A DNA stretch of 64,000 bases from Pseudovirgaria hyperparasitica (taxonomy: Eukaryota). Where the stretch lies: assembly GCA_010093815.1 (NCBI GenBank), contig ML996565.1; one strand, written 5' to 3'. Below are positions 1 to 13,842 of this stretch, piece by piece. The notes beneath the pieces are model-generated. The model was not told where the DNA came from. It did no database searches and saw only the letters and a list, made by a program, of their open reading frames with translations. Position numbers and translations under genes: made by a program. Position 1 is the first letter of the stretch, and each line of letters opens with the position of its first letter.

Positions 1-843
1 CTGAATGCACGCAGGCAAGGCACGCACGGACTGGGTTGACGGATATATAGACCATGTAAACGGCCATGCATAAGGTGCTCATAATACCATGCATATCTAT
101 CCATGCGAGTTATTACGGTCATAATAAGCAGCAAATTTGAAGGTCGTGGGTGATAAGATACGGCTTATTGCTCAATTTTGTATGTTAGAGTGACGAATTT
201 CGGGATTATCCTGGGGTTGTTGAGGTCCATGGAGGAGTTGATGGGCAGGCCGGCAGCGTGCAGTCTGACTCTGACAGAAAGAGTCGCAAGTGGTGTTGCG
301 AGTGTCGGATCGGATCCCTTACGAACAAAGAGGTCACGTGTGATGCATACGATGATTGACGTGGACGAGCATACCGATACCGATGGCAGAGATGATCGAT
401 CGTAGTGTAGCAGTCATCAAGTCGATTTTCAGATGAAGATGATGACGATGACGATGCAGATGACGATGTGGTGAGATGAAGAATGTATATCATCATCAAG
501 CTAGATGCTAGCTATTGTGACTATATGTCGCTACAACAAAGGCTTGTGAGGGTGGAGTGAATGCAGTTGCAGCCTAAGGTGGAAGGAATCAGCGCAAAAG
601 GTGGAAGGAGCGAACAGGAACGGGGACAAGGACAGGGACAGAAAGGGGCAGGTGCAGGTGGCGCCATTGCAAGCTGCAGCCGGGGCGCCATGCCTATTCG
701 GGGATGGGTCCAGGGGTTGAGGGTACGGGATTGGCTAAGGGTCTAGCGCCCCGCAGCTCTCAATCTCAATTTTAGCGTGTGGGTCTTGTTTTGTGCACAA
801 TTCACCTTGGCACCTGCACTCTTCTTTACACTTCTCTGGCAGG

Positions 844-903
844 CACACACACACACACACACACAAACAGGCAGGCACTCAGCACACACACACACACACA
901 CAC
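844..903. repeat. Two (CA)n microsatellite tracts
   Basis: cacacaca runs at about 844-864 and 882-903. Confidence 0.95.
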
Positions 904-1176
904 ATGATGCACCATCGCACCTTCCCTACTTTCTCGTGGTCATGTCACCAATTACACCAATCCAGAGGCAGCCATGACCATCTTCATCTCTCAGCCCGTC
1001 CGGCCACATGCACCAACCACACTGCACATGTCTACTGTCCACCTTTTTGTGATAATTAGTTAGTATCGTAATTATATGGTGGAGAGGAACAGGTACACTG
1101 ACTCGATGATGTTATAATATACACTTCTGTCATGGATGTCAAGCAAGGAGTGCAACAGATAGATACCTAAGGGGTC

Positions 1177-1206
1177 AGAGAGAGAGAGACAAGACAGACA
1201 AGACAG
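1177..1206. repeat. (GA)n / GACAA simple repeat
   Basis: agagagagagagacaagacagacaagaca. Confidence 0.8.
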
Positions 1207-1884
1207 GCAAAACGACCTGAATCGTTGTGCCAAATCCGGATAGCTCTCCATCGGCCGTCAAGCTCGTTTAAGCACGAGACACCCCCACTTTGTCCCCTCA
1301 GGCACCCAATCACGTCCGTTGAAGCTGTCTACTACTGCTTTAGCTATACTTGTACTGTTGCTATACACTCATGCGCACCTTGCACACCTTGCGCCCGTCA
1401 TGTAGTAGTCTAATACTAAGCTGCTGCATTCACTCTTCTTGCGACCGCCTACTTTTCCTTCTCTTCAACTCCGACTTCTAATCATCCTGCCATCTACTAC
1501 TCCTCTCGAATCTTACATCAATTCGCCGACACGTTGTCGTCACTGTTCATCATTTGCCAGCGCGCGTGCCGGTAATACCTCTAGCCCTATCATCCTATTC
1601 TCCATCACGGCGGCAATCTGGTTGATCTACTCCAAATTTCCTCCTCAACCCAATCTGATTGGATACTGGCCTGTTCAATTTAGCTGCGAGCCCATTTCTC
1701 CCCACTGGCCAGCCCTGTCCACGCCACCGCCATCGACCAAACAAACATCTAATACCTACTGGGATCCTCCTTACACATCCTGTCCTAAGCTCTTTCTTCA
1801 ACTGCTCTCGCCACGCTCGTTCTCGGATGCTTCATACTGCAACAACTTTCTTTTCTTGTGTGCGCGACACCAGAGCAATCAAAT

Positions 1885-4410
1885 ATGCTGGGCTTAGGAA
1901 GATGGAGGAACGCGGCACCGCCTACGCCTACTGCTGCTACTCATGAAGAAAGGTCGTCGAGCACGTTACCGACTATCAAGTGCTCTGATTGCGGCATCGA
2001 GATTGAGATCTCCAGACTGGCAGACCACCTCTGTGTGCAAACTACAGAAGGTAATTCCAGCCGCCAGCTCACAACTTGGCCTATCAACTAAACAACTAAC
2101 CCGCTACCAATAGAGCCAGAAACGTATGAGCCCTCACCACCTCCTCCACATGCCAGACCGGCAGTTCCTCGCTCAGAAACCATGGACTCGTTCGTTGCAT
2201 CGAATCGCAAATCTTACGGTCTCTTGCGTCCTGGTAGACAAGCACCACCGAAGATAGACCCGGCCGCTGCTAGTGTGTAGAGAGGATATCCCTATCATGA
2301 AGCGCTGCTAACAACTACAGACAAACCATACTCAAGACCTATGGCGCCCATCACGCCAGTCAGCGACTACAGCGGTTCGAGAAGTGTTTCTCCTATGATT
2401 TCAGGAAGCGGCCGCAAGACTCCCATGCGTAGTGTCACCAGCCCTATGCCTCGACCATACAGCCCTCCTTCACCGGAGCTCAACTCGAACCTCGACTGCG
2501 CTTTCCCGCCATGGCCAACGATGGGCAGTCGAAGTAATACTCCAACGGGCGTCAGGCCGCGGGACAGGAAGCCGACCGATCCAGGTACCCGACTGGCACA
2601 GCCTCAGTCCAATGCAATGTACGCACCCGTCAGTCCACGATTCGACGGCGGCGCCAATGTGTTGAAGCGGATGGACAACATTTCACCAGGCCCCTTCGAT
2701 GGCAGGAAAGGGAGCTTTGATCGGAGACCTTCAGCGACCACGACGGATAACACAAGAGTGGATAGCCCACAAGCTGGACCAGACGAGCACAATTCGCCTG
2801 CGAAAAGTATACGCAGTCGCTCGCATTCTACCGGTTCGAACAATTCAAGGCGTTCAAGAAGCTCTGTCCGTTCCACCGGCTTGCCAAATGGCCCGAAAGC
2901 AGGTTTCAATCTACCACCACCACCACCCCCGCCGCCGGCAGATGACGATGATGACGATGATCATCCTTTCGAAGGCATCGACAAGTTCCTCAGGCGTGTG
3001 CGCGATGAGGAGCCTTTGGATGTTCCAAAGCCTTTGAACACGATTGACCGTTCCAAAACCTTTCCGGTGCCAGCTCAGGAGGACCGGGCTGCTTCCTTAC
3101 CTAGAAGACCATCGGAACCTGCAGCGCGCTCAAGAGCATTAAGCAACGCGACAATCTCTTCTGTGTATTCTTCCGACTCGATTGAAGCGCCTCCAGTGCC
3201 TCCGATGCCCTCTCTGAACAATCTTTACTCCTTGGCAACTTCGAAGCCTGGAGCTCCAGTCACCAAGCTTGCGCCAGCTTCACAAATTCCTACTCCGAAT
3301 AGCCCCGCCGAAAGCTCAATGCACACATCCTCTGAATCAGTTTCTTCTGGTGGATCCATGTCAGGATTTGACGCACGCAGTGTCAGTTCTGTATCCAGCA
3401 TTCATGAATCCGAGTCTGGAGGTCCCGAAAAGATTAGCCGGGCAAGAAAAGAAAGTGATCCGACGCGGGGCCAATTGCAGTCTCCAACAAGTTATGGTTC
3501 GCCCCCTAAGAGACTGCCTTTGGGAGTGCAACCAGGCGTGGTTCGTACGAATGCCCCGGACAACATCTCCCTTCCCAATCCTCCTGCGATACCTGCAACC
3601 GTCGAGGAGCTTCCGGAATCTCCAATGGACCCAGCCATTCATAGGGGAATCATAAGCCAGCAGCGACCATCTGTATCCAATGGAAGTGGCCGACCAGTCA
3701 ACCCTGCCACATACCCAATACCACCTGCTCTATCTCCACCTGAAGAGGTTCCTGCTAGGCCTTCACCCCTTGTCCCAAACTCGGCACCCCAGAATCCTCA
3801 GTCTTTTCATCCTCAGCCTCCCGCCGCTTTGCAGCCACGCGGCGCACTTCCTCCACGACTTGATTCGCGTAATGCTGCTCAGCTTCCGAAAAGGCAACCT
3901 CCAAACGTCACTCTACCTTTGCCACCACAAAATGAAGGACTACAACGGAAACCCACGAGTGGGAAACGACCCAAATGCCGCGGTTGCAACGAGTCCATTG
4001 TTGGCAAATCCGTGAAAGCAGCCGATGGTCGTCTCACTGGTCGCTGGCACAAGGAGTGCTTCACTTGCAAGACCTGCCGGCAACCATTCCAAACGGCCGA
4101 CTTCTACGTTCACAATAATGCACCCTACTGCGAGCATCACTATCACCAGATGAACAACTCACTCTGTCAACTCTGCAACCGTGGTATCGAGGGCCAGTTC
4201 CTTGAGACGGACAAGAAGAGAAAATACCACCCGAGGTGCTTCATGTGCTCACACTGCCGCATTCCCCTCAAGGACGACTATCTCGAGTTCAACGGCAGGC
4301 CGTATTGTGAGCGCCACGCTCAACACGCTGCATCCCAGACTTCGATGCTCGGGACGGGTGCACGCCGGTTCCCAGAGCGGAGGACCACTAAACTCATGAT
4401 GATGATGTGA
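1885..4410 (+). CDS. LIM-domain protein, paxillin/Pxl1-like, with Pro/Ser-rich N-terminal region
   Basis: Exons 1885-2050, 2114-2272 and 2321-4410 join in frame through GT..ctaac..AG introns. N-terminal CxxC..HxC motif (IKCSDCG..DHLC). Two C-terminal LIM domains (CRGC..WHKECFTCKTC..YCEHH; CQLC..YHPRCFMCSHC..YCERH). Confidence 0.9.
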
Positions 4411-5233
4411 GGGTCTGCACGTACAACCACTTTACCTTCGATTCACACTACATATTTGGCGATCTATTTACCTACCAGTAAACGACTGGTGGGCTGTTCA
4501 CTACAAAATTTCTGGAGTCTATCACGCTTGTTTACGACATGACCCCATGTTCGCGGCAGGTCGCATCCATTTACGCTGTCCGCATATATTCCCGCATCTC
4601 AGAAGGCGTTTTCAACTTGATACATTTCGCTCTGCGCGCATAACTTTTTTGCGGCACTTTTGAGCCCTGCTCTTGAGCACATTCTGTTTCGGCGATGTTG
4701 GCCATTTGATATACCCCTCTACTTGGCTATTGCAGTCACTGGAATTCAGTCATTTGACGCTATTTTCGATTTATATCTGACTCGACGAGTCCAGCCATAT
4801 TTTCCAACCTACACATGGACACGACGTCCCATTTCCTATGTTGCGAGACCCTTGTCTGAAGCTCTAGTAGCTTTTACTTTCTTGTATACACGTAATGTCT
4901 TGATCGTAGTGTATGAATCACAATCGCGTTGAGCGTATAGATAGTATTATAGACTGATACTTGGAATACAACCGTGCTCGTGTCTTGAATAAGAAACATG
5001 AATTGCGTATACGAAGCTTTGAGCCCACTGGCAGGTATTCTTTGATTCCAATGTCCTCATGCCCGGGACCGGGAGGCCGGGAGCGTTAGCCAGGCACGAG
5101 CCAGGGACAGGGTCCAACCTCTGCCAAAAAAAAAGTCGCAGAGAGCTGTGAGCGCAAAGCATCATTGCGTCCGTTGTCAAGACTCAGTCCGCATCAAACA
5201 ACACTCTCTTCATCTCGTCCTATACCGCCCACT

Positions 5234-6539
5234 ATGGCGACCTCCACAGACCCAGAAACCTCTACCGACAACACCTCCCGCGATGCGTCCTCCACTTCCT
5301 CTACCTCCCTTCCGAAACACCAATCATCCGCCACCAGTCGCGCAAAACCACAACCACATCCACATCCACAACCACAATCACAACCCCGTTCAACCTCCTT
5401 CTGGCGCATCCCAGGCCCCCTCAAAACCCTCTTCGAAGCCGTGCCCCTCCACACATATCCCGCGAACCCACTGCCTCAGCGCGCCGCTCAATCCCTTCTC
5501 CGGCGCAGACGACGCCTCTCCTCCTCCTCCTCCTCCTCGCCCAGCAGTACACCCGACGCAGCACCACCATCAACACCTTCGCTCTGGCTCTGGATCAACC
5601 CCGCTGCCACCGATCGCCTCAGCTTCAATCCTTCCTGTCTGCGATGGCAGGCCTACCTCGCCTTTCTCCAGATCCCCGTCGTTCTCGTGCCGTCAAATAA
5701 CCACGCCAGTCCGTCCGGCGCGCTGCCGTTTTTGATATCCAACACAGATAGTAGCAGTAGTAGCGGTGGTGGTGGTGTCGTGCCGAGTAATAAGCTGCGG
5801 CGATGGGCGGAGGAGAATAGCGCGGTGGCAGACGGCAACAATAACAACGAGGACGAGGATAATGATGATCCTACGGCAGCAGCGCAAAAGAGAGAAGATG
5901 ATGCGCGACACGAGGCGTACATCTCCCTCGTCGAGACATCCATCCGCCGAGCCTGGGTTCGTCCTTTCCCCCCTCCCCCTTTCCATCCCACCCCAATCAC
6001 TGCCGAACAAACAAACAAACAAACTAACTAACTAACCCACCCACCAGCTCTACACCCTCCACCACACCCCACTCTTCACCTCCCTAACCCACCCCCTCTA
6101 CATCACCCCCGCATCCCAATCCATCTTCATCCGCACCGCGCTCTCCCACCAATTACGCGCCGCCGCAACAGCCGAACTCCTTAAATCATCCACCACCACC
6201 ACCACCTCTACATCATCTACATCCACAACGGAAGGCGGCATAATCGACGCAGAAGAGATCTACACCCGCGCAGACGAGGCGTTTGAGGCGCTAGAGCGTG
6301 GGCTGGGCGGTGAGGAGTGGTTTTCGGGCAAGGCGCGGCCTGGCTGGTTGGATGCGGTTGTGTTTGGGTATACGGGGTTGGTGCTGAGGGGGGATGGTGG
6401 TGGTGGGGATGATGAGGGGAGAGGGGATGGGGAAGGGGATGGGTGGAGGATGTTAAGGGAGAGTAGGCTGGGGCAGATGGTTGAGCGGAGAGACGGGTTG
6501 AGGAGGCATCGGGAGAGGATTGTGCGGGGGTATTTCTGA
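5234..6539 (+). CDS. Mitochondrial outer-membrane SAM complex subunit, Sam35/metaxin-like
   Basis: Motifs PLHTYP, SFNPSCLRWQAYL, SNNHASPSGALPFL, IRRAW|LYTL and a GST-C-like end (AFEALERGLGGEEWF..PGWLDAVVFGY). Intron 5957-6047. Confidence 0.85.
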
Positions 6540-6940
6540 GGGTGGGTGGCGGGGGAGGGGGTTATAGGGGAAGGGGAAGAGGAAGAGATGGATTGAGGAC
6601 TCGCTTGTAAGATATTTCTGATGAGAGTTGGGGGGTGTTGTCGTGTACCTAGGTAGGTAGTGCAGTGTACGAAGGCAACGAACCTGCGAATGTACACGCT
6701 GCGTAATTACGCTAACGAGAAGAAGAGCCTGATTGTACTACATATATGGATATGTCCATATATCCCAAAGAAAAACCGTCCACTCATATCATACATGGCC
6801 TTATATGCACCACCCACTGTTGCCACCGCATCTAGGAACCCCAATGCACAGAAATCAAACGATAATACGCCTTTGGTGTTTAATTGTTCATGGTACTTAC
6901 CGTGCTAATCATGTCATGTCATACATAGCATATCAAGTGT

Positions 6941-7035
<95 letters not shown>

Positions 7036-7045
7036 NNNNNNNNNN

Positions 7046-7141
<96 letters not shown>
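6941..7141. repeat. (GACA)n tetranucleotide microsatellite spanning an assembly gap
   Basis: Perfect gaca repeats on both sides of 10 N at 7036-7045; true length unknown. Confidence 0.98.
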
Positions 7142-7514
7142 CGTCCAACAACCAACAATCTATCATATTGCAAAGTAGGCTGTACGTAAATAGATGTATA
7201 GATAGGCAGAGATAACAGTACGGTAAAGATACATACATACATCCAGGCAGAGAGCCAATTCCATCAGCCATCACCCATCATGGAAAATGAGTCAAAACGC
7301 CCCGAGTTATGTATAAACAGATAAACTCCCATTTGTTCCCCCAAAGCTCCAACCCCCTGAACCTCCGTAAACCAACGCCGAAACCCGGCCTCCGTATTTC
7401 CAAAACGCCAGAAAACTCTACTTTCCAATTCGATTGTGCGTGTGCGTGTGTGTGTATGTGTGTGTATATGGGTGCGGCAACTTCTCAGGCAGTAGGCGGT
7501 AGGCAGTAGCCGTC

Positions 7515-9765
7515 TCAGCCTCTCCGCTCAATGGGCAAGGGGAACCCGTTTGCGTCTGCAGCCGACGCAGCGAGCGCTGTGGCGAGAGGGTTCTGCTGGG
7601 CGGCCATTTCGCGGATCCTGTTGAAGAGATGACTGTTTATAGGTTTTAGTGCCTTATTCACTCTTCGAAGATTACAATTGGGAAAAAGTGTTCAAAGGGG
7701 AAGGAAGTGCGTGTTTGACTAACCTGACAGGAAGCCGCGTCCGCTTCTCCTCCGACATCAACAGGTCTAGCTTCACTTGCTGTTCTCGCTGGTGGTTCTT
7801 CACGTGGCCCTTGATCAGCTGCTGGGAGCCGTCCGAGCTCGCGCCGTAGACGCGATGGGAACAGCCGTCGAATGTGCAGTTCCAGACGTTGCCTGGAGCA
7901 TTCGCTTGGAACGATGATAACGGCGTCGATATTATTGTCGACACGTACTCGGCACCAGGCGGCGAAGGGACGTTCGGGTCAAAGTTTAGAGGGATCTGTT
8001 GGTTGGCCAGCTGCTCGGGCGACGAGAGTTCTGACAGTGCGGACTCGCTGCTTTCGTCTTCGTTTTCGTTTTCGTCTTCTTCGTCGTCGTCTTCGTCAAA
8101 GTCTGGCACGTTCGCTGGTGTTTCGGGGTAGGATGGGAGGTCGGAAGCACGCCTCTTGCTAGGAGGTGACTCGTCGTCAGAATCTAGCGGTCTCTTGCCA
8201 GGCGAGCTCAGATCCATCGCATCTTCGAGTTCTCCATCAGAACCCGATAAATCTTCTGACGCTCGTCCTGCTGGATGTGCCTTCATACGCTTCGTGCCCT
8301 TGGCTGATGTCGAGGTTTTAGGTCGCAGGACCGACAGGCGTCCATTCTTCGGCCGGCCGGCCCCCTTTCGAGCGCGTGACGATGCTGCCAGCAAGTCATC
8401 TTCCTCTTCCTCGTCCTCTTCCTCGTCTGGTTCGTGATATTCCTCAACAGGCTGTCTTCTAGGTTTCAGCTCCACTTCGTTGACTTTCCGGGCCGTCGCT
8501 GCGGAGATAGTCGCCTTGCTCAGCTCCTTGAAAAGAGAAATCTTGTTCCACGCTATCTTGCAGCTTCTCTTTGCAGCTTTGTGGTCCATCATGTATCGCA
8601 CATTGGTAGCGTGGGACCGAATGTAGTCCATCGCTACGTCTTGTTCGTCAATCTCGTAGCGTTGGGTCATGATCTTGGCAATATTCGCTATGGACATGCT
8701 TTCAGGTCTCAATGTCTTCGAGACCTCCGCGCGTTGTATGACCTCCCATATTACATGCGCACGGAACCAGTTGTTGTCTTTCTTGGGCGCTTTACTCCTG
8801 GTTGGCTGCTTTGACATGCTTGTCCGTGAAGGGTCTTCCGAGCCCTTCTTATTGTGTTGGCTTGTCCCCGGAGGGCAGTCGTTGTTCGTAATCGATTTGA
8901 GGCCGGACTTATCTTGCATCTGTTGGTAATCATCCTACAGCAGAGGTCAGCTAGCGGGCCCAAGGTAACGGACTTGTGATGCGACAGAGCAATGGCGGTA
9001 CTGACCGGGAAATGTTGTCGGAGATGTGTGCGTAGTCCGAGCCGTCCCCAATGAATTCCTTCCTTCCCGTTGATCATGGCCAGCATGAGGAAGTGTCGGT
9101 GCCTGTAGAACCTATCGCGTGCCTGCTCGATCGTGGAGCAATCGTTATCTTCGTCTTCCACAAACTGCCAAACGGTCAGCTGAACTCACTCCCTTCGCCA
9201 GCATGGGGTACTAACTTCGCGGAAGACCATCTCTGCACTAGGTCCTGTCGCACCCTTCTTTACACTTGCGTAGATGTCTGCGGAGAACCATAGAAGCTCT
9301 ATACACTCCTGCATATCGAGATGTAGACTTTTGTATGCTCTTCCTGGCTTGATCTTGAACCACCCAGCCTCGCCGGCAGCCCAGAACTGTATGGCATTGG
9401 GATCATCCTTGTCGTCGGGGTCCTCTCCGTATGAGAACAACATCACATTCTCGACCTTCAAAGGCGTCGACTTGAAGTACTCGGGCCGTACAACTACCGA
9501 GAGACAGTTAGCACAAAGCTCTGTTTGTCATGATCAAGGGCGGGTTGGACTTGCGCAGCTTCTGTTGCTTCCTTGAAACTTGTTCTAGGTTGCCAGTGAC
9601 GGTGACCGGTTGCATGGCATCGGCCATGAGCAGACTTCGTAGCTCTCCAGTCGTAGCATCGCGAACTTCTGCATTGTTAAGTGTGTAGAGTTCCCAGTCA
9701 TTATTATCCTTCAAGGTGGGGTCTTTGGGCTTCAGGACGTTGCACTCCGCGATAAAATTGGGCAT
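7515..9765 (-). CDS. RFTS/DNMT1-RFD domain protein with C-terminal zinc-finger-like motif (Raf2/Dos2/DIM-7-like heterochromatin factor)
   Basis: Five exons; introns 9494-9554 (GC-AG), 9165-9215, 8935-9005 and 7633-7723, all frame-consistent. N-terminal VLKP..DWELYTLNNAEV..SLL.A...PVTVTG and FWAAGEAGWFKIKP..Y resemble the fungal RFD domain. Acidic/basic linker, then CTFDGC..H..H. Confidence 0.75.
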
Positions 9766-10002
9766 TATGAACAAGTGAGAAGCATTGTAGTAATCCAGTC
9801 AGCCGTATACAAAAGGAACAGCAAGAAGGTATTTAGTAGACATGAGCGCTGCGACGTGCCAATGAGCCGTGAAGGTCGCGCGTGCGCTAGAGACCGCGTT
9901 CTTAGCGGGGTTACCCTACTAGTTCAGCCTTGCTCGCGTTCCATTGCGTCCACTGAAGTTCACCAAGCTTCACTCCATACATTTCCTAATTTACAGAATG
10001 CT

Positions 10003-10856
10003 CTAGGACTTTTGGATATTCTCCATGTTCTGCAGCGCCTTCTGGACCAACGATGTTGCATCTGGGTCTGGGCATTTCGCCAACTTCCGGAATTCGTCCT
10101 TCCAGACATTCCATCGATCGTTGTTAAACCCTCTCCATTCCTCATCCTTGAACTTCCTCCCTGCCTTCGCGAGCTTCCCATCGAACGCCTTCTCTGCCTC
10201 CGATAGTTGCCAGATCTTCTCGGCGCTGTAAATCATCCACACGGCAGCAGCTCGTATCGCGCCGTATCCAGGTGTTTCCTCCGGCGCGTCATCTTCAAGG
10301 GCTTCGCGAAGACTCCACAGAGCATACAAGGAGAAATCCAAAGTGTCATCGGCATCTCCAGCTGTGGACATATTCGTCAAACGGGCCAAAAATGCGTTTT
10401 GATTAACATAGGGTGTCTTCGATGCCTCGTCAGCACCGGGTTGCTTTGGAGCTATCTTTGATCAGGATCGACACTCGACATTCAAGACTGATTATACTTA
10501 CAGAAGCCCCAGGCTTCGCGTACTTGCCAACCGAATGTTGGAAGATCTGTCCAGATCGAGCCGCCTTCATGGCTGATCGCGCCACCGCTGCTGGATTTCA
10601 AGGTCTCCTTGCGCAACCGTGTTACGAAATCAATCAGATGTGACTGCTCACTGTGTGTGGTGTTCTCGGCCACAGTAAGGATAGACTTCCATTCGTAGGC
10701 AAGAGCGTCAGAAATTTCGTCTTCGTTACCATTGCCTGCTGCCTTTCGGAGTGGCTCGGTAAACTTCTCCAGCGTACCGGCAGCATCAGAACCGCCTGCA
10801 CTGAACTCCTTCAGCGCAGTAAATTCTGAACGGCTGTGAATCTTTTTCGATGACAT
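10003..10856 (-). CDS. DUF3632-family fungal protein
   Basis: IWTDLPTFGWQVREAW, NQNAFLARLT, YALWSLREALED, AAAVWM and GFNNDRWNVWKDEF are typical of DUF3632. Intron 10452-10501. Confidence 0.8.
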
Positions 10857-12152
10857 TATGTCCGAAAAGGCTGAAACGTTGTAAAAATGTGTTGCGTGTC
10901 GCTTTCTAAAAGTAGCACCCTTAAGTAATTGTGGTGTTTGTCGAAGGATTCGAGGGGCGACTGTCATGAACGAGTATGTCAAAACGAGACAATCTCTACT
11001 CGGACTTGATTGCAACTCACAGCTGTCTACTACTGAACACTTAAACAACGAATGTTACGTCACTAGTCTAGGAAGAACGCCGAATGTCTTTCATTGATCT
11101 ACACAGCGGCTTAAGCCTTCTGATTTGTCCACGCCTTCGAATACCTTGTATTCACTTCCAGGGCACGATCGACATGGCTGGGTACGTCGCTAACAAGGGT
11201 CCATATACTCCACTTGAGCGAAACAAAAAACTTCGCGTCCATCGAAGGATTCCTCCGTTGGTCAACAATTAGGATAGGATTGTCTCTTTACCGGCGAGTG
11301 AGGTTTACTCAGAAATCGAGCTTGGATTGGCACTACCTGTCACACGATTTGGTCATGACTTGGCCAACGGCCAACACGGCGATGGGTCTGTGGTATAGCC
11401 TTACAGTTCCACAGAAGGCGAAGCCCGGAAGAGTCTATATCGCTATATCGAGTCCAATCACAGACAGGGTTGCGGAACGTGCATTAAGCTTGCGATATGC
11501 TTTCTTGTTTCAAGGTCTGAAGTCCGCCTCTGATAAAGAAGCCAGCAACCAATCGATTCTCTCACCGAAACATGCGTCAACTTTGAACTGCCGTTTTAAG
11601 TCTAGCGTCCGCTGGTACTGCGGGTACAGGCCAAGGATGAACCCAACACGAACCGCGATCTTAGTCGAGCTTCCTGCATAAGGATTCACGATTTATAGAT
11701 ATATTGGACGAAAGAAACGTGGTGGCGCCACTTCGTACATGTGTCGCAGCCAAAACATATCATTTGACCCCTGGCATGATAAACACTTTAGTTCCTCCGT
11801 TGATCGCATCTGCTCCCCCAAAAAGATCAACAACCATCCAACGAATACTTTTTGTTTAGTGTAGAGATCTCCAGGGACCTTCCACATCCATGGATCGCTC
11901 CCGAGCAATCCTAGGAATGTCACGATCACGATCCAATAACATGGAGATAATGCGAACGTTGATGCTGCCAGGAGGAGTTTCAGCTTAGCGATGGGCTTGG
12001 GCTTGGAGAAGGATCCTACGGAGAGATACATATAAAGACCACAAGATGGGATGTCTTAATTGTACCGGTCTTCAGTACTTCTCGACTCAAGCCTAACCTC
12101 AAATCACTACCGCTTGTCTTGTCATTCTTGCTTCCCGTCATCAACCGTCACG

Positions 12153-12592
12153 ATGCTCGTATTCAAGGCCTTTCTCGCTCTTGTCCCTCTCGTCGCCTCT
12201 CTTCCCGTCGAGCTCGACACCAGAGCCGGTACGACATGCGGTGGTGTCTTTTACACCTCGTCTGAGGTGTCTGCTGCCTCCAACCAAGCGTACAACTACT
12301 ACAAGAGCGGAACCCAGGTTGGCTCCAACAACTATCCCCACGCATACAACAACTACGAGGGGTTTAACTTCGACGTCTCTGGTCCTTACCTTGAGTTTCC
12401 CATCAAGAAAGGCGGTGTTTACACTGGCGGTAAGATGGATTTTCATACTAAGTTACGATCGTTGGCTGACCAAAACTAGGTTCCCCTGGCGCTGACCGCG
12501 TTGTCATCAACACCAGTGGAGCGCACGCTGGAGACATCACGCATACTGGTGCAAGCAGTAACAACTTTGTTGGCTGCAGTGGCACGAGCTAG
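12153..12592 (+). CDS. Secreted guanyl-specific ribonuclease (RNase T1/N1 family)
   Basis: Signal peptide; catalytic His/Glu/Arg/His in [23 protein letters not shown] and ITHTGA; two Cys. Intron 12430-12479. TATA-like tatataaa at about 12030. Confidence 0.95.
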
Positions 12593-13842
12593 ATACAGTA
12601 ACTGCTTACACATGGCGTTGGTTTTGACTTCAAGTTGGTGGGAGAGCATTTGAGAACTGTACATAGGTTTGGACGCTGGAAGCGGCCTCAAATACATAGT
12701 ATGCGTGCTTAAACAAAAACACGTGCACACACTCTACCAATTCGCCAAATACGATTTCCGTCGACTGGAAGAATTACATGTGACTACGATGAGATAACAC
12801 TGTGTGAAAAATGTCGCGCCTTCAACTTGCGGTACTTCGAAGCCTGGCTGTATTGAGAAGACATGACTATGTTTTGTGTCACTTTAATCCGAAACACTAA
12901 AAGAAGCCAAGATCTGTGATCACAAGCCTTCTACAACATATATACAACATCGAGTCTATCATACTAATGAATGCAACAGCTCTCAGAAGGGTCTATATTG
13001 AAGTATCTGACAAAATCCCTGTGAGAGCCTAGCGTAAAATGATGGATACAGAACAACCATTCATACCCGTACCTCTTAACCTTCTCTCAACCTCATACGA
13101 GTCTATCGGACACCCGACTCCATACCACTGTCAGCCACTTCGACGTTAGCGTTCCAGCATAAGTTATTCGCAGATCCGAGGCGTCACGCCTTGACTTGCC
13201 GAGACCGGAAACTGCTATTTGGGGTTCGTCATGTGTACCTCACACCCACCGCAGATCTCAACTATCACCCGTATCAGCACCCTGTTTAGACGTGTCAAAA
13301 CAAACCACGTTAGCCTCGTACCCCGCAGAGTACAGCTTATGCTCCTCAATCGAGCACCAGATGCGTGTTGCTAAAACCTTGTGGGGCTCAGTATATCTTG
13401 GCTCCTTCCCCATTTGGCACATTGCAACATGCGCTGGAAGCCCGACACCGGCGTGTGGAACAATATGGTTCTAAGACATTGCAGAGCTGCTACTTTGGGT
13501 ATATCAAGTTGATGTCAAATGTCAGATACCCTTTACCAGCTCCCGATAATGAGGGTTCGGTGCAGAGGTTGATGTCGAATGTGTCGGACGTAATGGTTCC
13601 ACTTGCGCACCGCTGTGCCGTGCGAATACCATGTTGGACCAAGAGTGGTTCTCATGCACAAGTGTGTATTACGACGAGTAGTCTTGGACCGAATCAAGTG
13701 TGCCATAAGTAAGATGTCTCGTTCTCATTTCATGCCCTTCCACTGAGCACTTTCCAGATTCTACTGAGCAGCTCCTTTTTCGCTGTATATCAAGATATCG
13801 TCAGAATAGCTTTATCGAGGACACATCAGTTCTTGCTTATTC

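Noticed and set aside
178..1059. Short ORFs at the left edge
   Set aside because: Low complexity, driven by microsatellites, with no recognisable motifs
1439..1884. 152-aa ORF upstream of the LIM gene
   Set aside because: Pyrimidine-rich sequence more consistent with a 5' UTR
6941..7141. Possible CRISPR-like or telomeric array
   Set aside because: Simple 4-bp repeat with no spacers, not TTAGGG, and no cas genes in a eukaryotic context
6914..7274. ORFs encoding SVCL/TDRQ repeats
   Set aside because: Translation artefacts of the (GACA)n microsatellite
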